From Candidatus Latescibacterota bacterium (GTDB lineage: Bacteria; Latescibacterota; UBA2968; UBA8231), in contig OZ241867.1 in NCBI GenBank assembly GCA_965203175.1, positions 3,520,001-3,584,000 of the forward strand: a stretch of DNA of 64,000 bases, read 5' to 3'. Shown here one piece after another: positions 58,080-64,000 of the stretch. The first letter of the stretch is position 1; each line of letters opens with the position of its first letter. Below the pieces are notes generated by a model. It was not told the DNA's origin. It worked only from the letters and a program-made list of their open reading frames with translations, and did no database searches. A program made the translations under genes and the position numbers.

Positions 58080-60264
58080 ATGGACACTTTTATTGGCGGT
58101 GGCTTTGTGGCTGCCGGCCAACGCAGAAGAAGGAGGCCTCATCTGGCCACTGGGCCTTGCACCGGCCCTGACTTCCACCTTCGGCGAATCGCGTTCCCGC
58201 GCCTTCCACGCCGGCATAGATCTCAAGACTTGGGGCGAGACCGGCCACCCCGTCCAGGCCCTAGCCGACGGCTATATATGGCGCGTGAAGACCTCGCCTT
58301 GGGGCTATGGCCGGGTTCTATACCAGAAATTGGCCGATGGCCGCACAGTGGTCTATGCCCATCTGGAGGGCTTTGCCGAGCCCATGGCCGAACTCGTGCA
58401 GCAAGCACAGCAGCAGCGCGGACGCTACAGCGTGGATTTGTATTTTAAGGAAGGGGAAATTCCAGTGCTCGGCGGTTCGGTCATCGCTTGGAGCGGCGAG
58501 AGCGGGGCCGGCCCTCCTCATTTGCACCTAGAACTGCGCGACGCAAATAACGTGGCGGTTAATCTCCTCTTGCACGGGTTCGCCATCGCCGATACGATCG
58601 CGCCGACCTTGCAGCGCGTGGCCATCACGCCGCATGGTCGCAATGCCCAAGTCGAGGGAGGGCACGACCCCTATGTGCTGAATTTGCGCTGGCAGCCGAG
58701 CCGGGGGGAATTCATTGGGGTGCGGACCGTGCAGGTGCTCGGCCCGGTGAGTATCAGCGCGTTGATGTACGATCTCGCCGATGCGGCCCCCAACAAACTA
58801 GCCCCCTATCGCGCGGAATTGCACATCGATGGCGAGCCGGTTTTTGCCGCGCGCTACGAGCGGGTCGGATACGGCGACATGCATCAGATGTATTTGGACC
58901 GGCCGCTGGCTGCCTTTAAGGGCGGGGTGGGCCGCTTTTACAACTTGTGTCGCCTGCCGGGCAATCGCCTCGAATTCTACGAGGGGCCTAGCGATGGCAT
59001 CCTAAACTTGGCCAAGGGGCGGCACGAGGCCGTCGTCGTCGTCGCGGATGTCAATGGCAACGAGAGCCGGGCGCGCTTTGGCTTGGTGGTTGATGAACCG
59101 CCAGCCATTGCCGGGGCGCGGATCGTGGCAAAAGCGGGCGGGACCTTTATCGAGGCGCAGGTGAGCGATGAGGATAACCGGCTCGTGGAAGTAGAATTGG
59201 CTAGTTCCCGCGATGGCAAAAACTGGCGACGCGTAGATCGGCGGCAGAGCCGCTCCGACCCGCTCAAGTGGCAGATCCATCGCAACGCTTCCTATTGGCG
59301 GATCCGGGCGCGGGATCCGGCGGGTGCCGCAGCCTTTGCCGTTTGTCGCCTGCCCGACGACGGGGCCGCTGCGCCGCCCTTTGCCCTAGAACGCCGCCCC
59401 CACCCGGATTTCGTGGAACTCGTGATGCGCTATGAACAAGTGCCTAGCGCTACGCCCTTAGTTCGCGTTGATACCGTTAATATTAGCCCCCGCCAGACCG
59501 GCTTGCGCGAGTTCCGAGTCGCCGTGCCGCTCGATCCGAACGATCCGGCAGCGGGGACGGTTTTGCTGCGGACGCCAAAGGCCGCCGTGCAAAAGGTCGT
59601 CCTCGACCGGCAACTCGTGAAGCCGGGTGCCGCAGCCAAGCTGACCTATGCCAACGGCGAAGTCGAATTGGGTTTTGCCGCGGCGAGCGCGTACGCGCCT
59701 TTCTTTCCGCAGGTCGTGGCCTTTGAGCCGCGCGTATCCACTGCGCTAGTGCCGGCTGGTCCGGCTTTTGCCTTGGGGCCTGACGTCAGTTTTGACCGCA
59801 AGGTCGCACTGCGCTTGCGCTACGACTGGGAAACGCTGCCGCCGGAGAAGCTGGGTATCTACCGAGAGATCGCCGCTGAAAAGTGGTCGCTGGTGAGCAA
59901 TGAATGGGACGCTGAGGCTCGGCAGGTCGTGGCCTTGGTGCGCCGCTTGGGCCGCTATGCGCTGTTGGCCGACCTTGAAGGCCCTGAGATTAGCAGTTTG
60001 CAGCCCGCTGAGGGAGCAGTCGTTGGCCCGCGTCCAGAAATTCGCGGCGCAGTACGCGACCAAGGCGCGGGCATTGGGCGGGAAGCAGACATCGAGTTTG
60101 AGCTCGATGGACGCCCGCTGATCGCTGAATACGATCCAGAAGCCGGGCGCGTGTACGGGCATTTGCTGGAAGATTTGTCGCCGGGTGCACACCGCCTAGT
60201 ACTGAGAGTGCGGGATATGAGCGGCAACCAAGCCGAGGTCCATACGGAATTTACCGTGCGCTAG
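58072..60264 (+). CDS. Secreted M23 family metallopeptidase
   Basis: HAGID, YAHL and SG.SG..PPHLHLE motifs; signal peptide. Confidence 0.9.
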   Translation: MIKWTLLLAVALWLPANAEEGGLIWPLGLAPALTSTFGESRSRAFHAGIDLKTWGETGHPVQALADGYIWRVKTSPWGYGRVLYQKLADGRTVVYAHLEGFAEPMAELVQQAQQQRGRYSVDLYFKEGEIPVLGGSVIAWSGESGAGPPHLHLELRDANNVAVNLLLHGFAIADTIAPTLQRVAITPHGRNAQVEGGHDPYVLNLRWQPSRGEFIGVRTVQVLGPVSISALMYDLADAAPNKLAPYRAELHIDGEPVFAARYERVGYGDMHQMYLDRPLAAFKGGVGRFYNLCRLPGNRLEFYEGPSDGILNLAKGRHEAVVVVADVNGNESRARFGLVVDEPPAIAGARIVAKAGGTFIEAQVSDEDNRLVEVELASSRDGKNWRRVDRRQSRSDPLKWQIHRNASYWRIRARDPAGAAAFAVCRLPDDGAAAPPFALERRPHPDFVELVMRYEQVPSATPLVRVDTVNISPRQTGLREFRVAVPLDPNDPAAGTVLLRTPKAAVQKVVLDRQLVKPGAAAKLTYANGEVELGFAAASAYAPFFPQVVAFEPRVSTALVPAGPAFALGPDVSFDRKVALRLRYDWETLPPEKLGIYREIAAEKWSLVSNEWDAEARQVVALVRRLGRYALLADLEGPEISSLQPAEGAVVGPRPEIRGAVRDQGAGIGREADIEFELDGRPLIAEYDPEAGRVYGHLLEDLSPGAHRLVLRVRDMSGNQAEVHTEFTVR

Positions 60265-61271
60265 CGCAGCGGTACGGGGGCACCAGCTTGGCGTAGCGAT
60301 GCCTGCGCGGCCTCCAAGACCCGCACGACGCGCAGCCCGTCGCGGCCATCGCTGCGGGGTGCTTGGCCAGTGCGCACGCACTCGACGAAATGCTGGCACT
60401 CTAGCTTGAGCGGCTCGGCCATCTGCAGCCGCGGAATGACGACATCGCCAAAGCGCAGCGCGATGGAGTCGCCATAAGAGTCGTATTGCGGTCGCTCGGC
60501 CGATTTGTCGTAGATGCGCACCTTTTCCGTGCTTTCCACATCGTCAAATACCGCCATCTTGCGACTGCCGACCACGGTCAGACGGCGGATGCGGTGCGGG
60601 TCGAGCCAAGAAAGCTGCATCTGCGCCATCTTGCCATCGGCAAAGTGCAAATTGGCAAAGACTACGTCTTCGATGTCGGGTTGTAGATAGCACTCGCCGC
60701 GGGCGCTGACCGCGTCCGGCTCTTGGCCGAGCAGGTACAGGATGACCGAGATGTCGTGTGGTGCCAAGCTCCACAGGGCGTTTTCGTCGCGGCGGACAAT
60801 GCCCAAGTTGACGCGCTGGGAGTACAAATAATACAAGTCGCCCAGCGCGCCTTCCCGCACTAAATCATGCAGCATGTGCACGGCTGGGTGGTACTTCAGC
60901 AGGTGTCCGACCATCAGCACCCGACTCCGCTCTGCGGCTAATTCGACCAAATGGGCCGACGTGGCGGCGTCGAGGGTCATGGGCTTTTCGACGTACACGT
61001 GCTTGCCTCGCTTTAGGGCGCGGTGGGCCAATTCGTAATGTTGAGTGGCTGGGACGGCTAATACCACGGCGTCGAGCGCGTCGTCGCCGAGTATCTCGTC
61101 GTAGTTGGCGGTGATAGGAACTTCTGGGTACTGGCTCTGAATGGCGCTGCGGATTTCCGGGCTGGCGTCGCAGACTTGGCGCAGATGGACGTCGGGCAGG
61201 TCGTGGAAGACGCGCACTAGGTTTTTGCCCCAATACCCAGCGCCGACGCAGGCGATTTGGACGCGGCTCAT
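60261..61271 (-). CDS. Gfo/Idh/MocA oxidoreductase (nucleotide-sugar type)
   Basis: VGAGYWGKN, VEKPM and ENALWSLAPHD motifs. Confidence 0.9.
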   Translation of the reverse strand: MSRVQIACVGAGYWGKNLVRVFHDLPDVHLRQVCDASPEIRSAIQSQYPEVPITANYDEILGDDALDAVVLAVPATQHYELAHRALKRGKHVYVEKPMTLDAATSAHLVELAAERSRVLMVGHLLKYHPAVHMLHDLVREGALGDLYYLYSQRVNLGIVRRDENALWSLAPHDISVILYLLGQEPDAVSARGECYLQPDIEDVVFANLHFADGKMAQMQLSWLDPHRIRRLTVVGSRKMAVFDDVESTEKVRIYDKSAERPQYDSYGDSIALRFGDVVIPRLQMAEPLKLECQHFVECVRTGQAPRSDGRDGLRVVRVLEAAQASLRQAGAPVPLR

Positions 61272-62059
61272 GTGCGCTGGAAATAATTGCCGATGTCGGC
61301 GGCTAGGCTGGCCAAGGCTTGACTGCCCTCGGTTTGGGGATGCGTCTTTACGATCGGCTCGCCTGCGTCGGCTTGGCTGCGGACGAGCGGGTCGAGTGGA
61401 ATTTCACCTAGATAGGGAATGTCCAAGCGGTTGGCTGTGGCACGGCCTCCTCCGGCTCCGAAGATGGGGTCGGCATGGCCACAGTTGTCGCAGTGGAAAT
61501 AGCTCATGTTCTCGACTAAGCCGACGATGGGCACCTCGGTCTGGCGGAACATCTCGACGCCGCGACGCACGTCTTCGAGAGCAATGGCCGAGGGCGTGGT
61601 GACGATCAAGGCCGCAGTCAAGGGTGCCACTTGGGTTAGCGTGATTTGTACGTCTCCGGTACCAGGGGGTAAGTCGATGAGTAGCAAATCGAGCTCGCCC
61701 CAAGTGACGTTGAAGAGGAATTGGTGCATCATCTTGGCCAGCATGGGGCCGCGCCACACGACCGGGGTACCCGCGTCGATTAGTAACCCCATAGAAATGG
61801 CTTTGAGGCCGTGCACGGACAAGGGCTGGATGCGGCCGTCCTCCGCGGTTGGCTTGCCTTCTAAGCCGATTAGGCCCGGGATGTTGGGCCCGTAGATGTC
61901 GGCGTCGAGCAAGCCGACTTGTAGCCCTTGGTGGGCCAAGCTCACGGCCAAGTTGGCGCAGAGCGTGGACTTGCCGACGCCGCCCTTGCCGCTAGCTATG
62001 GCTAGTGTATCTTTAATACCGGTAATGGGTTGGCGGTTGTGGGTTTGTGGGGAGTTCAC
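61268..62059 (-). CDS. mrp: Mrp/NBP35 (ApbC) Fe-S carrier ATPase
   Basis: SGKGGVGKST, DADIYGP, WRGPM, DLPPGTGD and ENMS..CxxC motifs. Confidence 0.93.
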   Translation of the reverse strand: MNSPQTHNRQPITGIKDTLAIASGKGGVGKSTLCANLAVSLAHQGLQVGLLDADIYGPNIPGLIGLEGKPTAEDGRIQPLSVHGLKAISMGLLIDAGTPVVWRGPMLAKMMHQFLFNVTWGELDLLLIDLPPGTGDVQITLTQVAPLTAALIVTTPSAIALEDVRRGVEMFRQTEVPIVGLVENMSYFHCDNCGHADPIFGAGGGRATANRLDIPYLGEIPLDPLVRSQADAGEPIVKTHPQTEGSQALASLAADIGNYFQRT

Positions 62060-62142
62060 TGGAGTTCCTGCTGCGTAGTGGAAAATTTGAAGTATAGAGG
62101 AAAGACCTCCTCGCGGCAAGGGGATAGACAAAGGAGCTAGCC

Positions 62143-62991
62143 ATGTATAAGATCGCGCTTGTAGTGATCGTTTTGGCCCCCTTGGGTTGCACGAATGTCA
62201 ACCAGATGTACAAGCTCTATCAGGAAGGCGACCACTCGCAGTTAGATCGGATCATGGAGATTGTCTCCCGCCAAGACTATCCCTATGCCACGCGGCGCAA
62301 GGCCGCACGCATTCTCGGCGAGATCGGCGACTCGCGCGCCGTGCCAGTGCTGAAAATGGCACTCCAAGACTACGACCAGCGCACGACGCTCAAGCAGGAC
62401 GCGCTCCGCTCACTGGGCACTATCGGCGACCAGAGTGCGGTCCCGGATATAGGAAGGCTACTCGATCGCTCGCTCAATACGGCCGACGCTGAGTTGCGGA
62501 TGGCCGCCGTTGAAGCGCTCGGGAAAATGGGGGGGACCAAGGCGGCTGAAATTCTGGTCAATGCCCTTGGCTACTACGACATACTCACCTTGCGCGCTGA
62601 GCAGCGAACCCGCCGAGGGGTGTTCACCGGTGAGGAGCGGCCCTTTCCCTACGGGCCCTATGGACAGCAATACGCCGACTCCACGGGTGGTCCACGGCGC
62701 TATCCAAATGTGGGACTGGATCCCTTTGGGGAGGGAGGTCAGCCTCGAGTGAGCATGTTCGGCACACCCATTGAGCCTACGCAGATGGAATACGATCCCA
62801 CCCCCGAGGAGCGCGCTCTAACCCATCAGGCGATTACAGCCGTGGGGACGGACGCCATTCCGGTGATTGAAAACTACCTAGATAGCCTGCGCGTAAGCCC
62901 GACCTTGCGCAAGGAACTGCTGACCATAATAAGCGAAATCACCGGTACTCCGCCGCCGGTAAAAGTCGATTCTACAGCCTCTCGCATGTAA
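62143..62991 (+). CDS. HEAT-repeat lipoprotein
   Basis: Lipobox PLGC; repeats AARILGEIGD, ALRSLGTIGD, AVEALGKMG. Confidence 0.85.
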   Translation: MYKIALVVIVLAPLGCTNVNQMYKLYQEGDHSQLDRIMEIVSRQDYPYATRRKAARILGEIGDSRAVPVLKMALQDYDQRTTLKQDALRSLGTIGDQSAVPDIGRLLDRSLNTADAELRMAAVEALGKMGGTKAAEILVNALGYYDILTLRAEQRTRRGVFTGEERPFPYGPYGQQYADSTGGPRRYPNVGLDPFGEGGQPRVSMFGTPIEPTQMEYDPTPEERALTHQAITAVGTDAIPVIENYLDSLRVSPTLRKELLTIISEITGTPPPVKVDSTASRM

Positions 62992-62992
62992 G

Positions 62993-63021
62993 TTGACAAG
63001 GGTACGCCCAGCGTATATTAT
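62993..63021 (+). promoter_or_regulatory. Near-consensus sigma70 promoter
   Basis: TTGACA-17 bp-TATTAT. Confidence 0.75.
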
Positions 63022-63152
63022 AAAACGATTCCAGCCAAAAAATCACCGAAACACGCGATAGGCTTACCCCATTGGAGGCGGGAACGGGGACGCTTGGTTT
63101 GCCTACTACCCCCGGCCTAAAGGCCAAAAATAGTTCGAGGTTTTCACTTATT

Positions 63153-63923
63153 ATGGAAAGTGATATCGGCCCGATCCTCGGCGAGTGGAAATACGCTCCA
63201 GGCGAGTTGAGCGTGCGCAAGATACGAGGCGATAATGGCAGCGCAAAGCTCCAAATCCGCATGGATCTGGGCTTGATGCAGCTGGAGTGGCGGGGTCGTC
63301 CCGACGCGCTTCGTCCGCACGGCTATGTATCGCTGTTGGATTACTACTGTCACAAGCGACGCGAATGGGAAAAAGTGCACGGCCCAGATACCTTTAGCCT
63401 CTCGCACGAGGATTGTTCCGAATTGGCCCAAGAGGCCATGAAATACTACTGGCGGCGGATCGGTTTTTTTGAACTGAAGGAATACGAACGAGCCGAAGAA
63501 GACGCCACGCACAACCTCGCCATCCTCGATTTGTGCTACGAATACGCCGAAGAGGAAGAAGATCGTCAGCTAGGCGAGCAATATCGCGTCTTTGTCACGG
63601 CACATCGGGTGCAGGCGCGGGCGCTGGCTTGTCTAGAGGCTGAGAACCACGCCGAGGCCCTAGCGGAGATCCGCCGGGGTATTGCCGAGATCGAGGAATT
63701 CCTCGCCAGGATTGGTCAATTAGACCAACTCGACGAGTGCCCTGAACTGCTCTTTTTGCGCGAGTGGGAAGGCGAAGTGGAGAGCTCTCGGCCGCGCACG
63801 CTGCGCGAGCGGCTAATGGCCGATTTACAGGCCGCGGTTGAAGCAGATCGATTCGAGTTGGCCGCTTCGCTCAGGGATCGCTTGCGTTCGCTCGAGACCG
63901 AGCAAGCTAGCAGGTCGCCTTGA
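63153..63923 (+). CDS. UvrB/UvrC-motif-containing protein
   Basis: Q.R.DLG..Q.E..GRPD..RPHG N-terminus; C-terminal UVR motif LQAAVEADRFELAASLRDRL. Confidence 0.85.
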   Translation: MESDIGPILGEWKYAPGELSVRKIRGDNGSAKLQIRMDLGLMQLEWRGRPDALRPHGYVSLLDYYCHKRREWEKVHGPDTFSLSHEDCSELAQEAMKYYWRRIGFFELKEYERAEEDATHNLAILDLCYEYAEEEEDRQLGEQYRVFVTAHRVQARALACLEAENHAEALAEIRRGIAEIEEFLARIGQLDQLDECPELLFLREWEGEVESSRPRTLRERLMADLQAAVEADRFELAASLRDRLRSLETEQASRSP

Positions 63924-63945
63924 AAGGGCACTTGCTGCCGCGGAG

Positions 63946-63981
63946 TGGGCCGAGGGGAGCTGTCTCCCGGCCCTTTTACTT
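63946..63981 (+). terminator. Intrinsic terminator
   Basis: GGGCCG..GGAG-CTGT-CTCC.CGGCCC followed by TTTTACTTT. Confidence 0.65.
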
Positions 63982-64000
63982 TGCCTTGTTCGCCCTATTA

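Noticed and set aside
1-64000. CRISPR array, rRNA, integron integrase or prophage structural genes
   Set aside because: No regularly spaced repeats, rRNA signatures, tyrosine-recombinase R-H-R-Y motifs or phage hallmark proteins were seen

Overview
GC-rich bacterial chromosome segment. The FlgD/'YPNPFN'-type C-terminal domain, the 'SWGxIK' C-terminal motif and several PhyH and Gfo/Idh/MocA genes suggest an FCB-related lineage such as Latescibacterota (inference). Housekeeping flanks (about 1-24.8 kb and 52.1-64 kb) hold three tRNAs, rfaE2-cpoB-bamD-nadD-thrC, htpG-proA, rfbB, a xylonate dehydratase, ubiX, two RsmF-like methylases and mrp. They enclose an accessory region of mostly lower GC (about 24.9-52.1 kb). 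That region is largely a same-strand array of integron-type gene cassettes with recognisable but decaying attC sites and no integrase in the window. Its most unusual feature is a ~1 kb block present twice, 4.3 kb apart: GNAT cassette, then the 3' end of an SDR gene, then a ~130 bp segment with a palindrome. The two copies diverge at what looks like an integron G/TT crossover point, each is followed by a different nuclease-like gene, and their SDR tails differ almost only at synonymous sites. Also present: two apparently identical IS5 (IS903-group) copies, an IS630 inserted into an attC core, a DUF4020/SIR2-type gene whose N-terminus was removed at an IS, and three antitoxins whose toxins are broken or missing. 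All calls come from motif reading by eye; no database searches were run.
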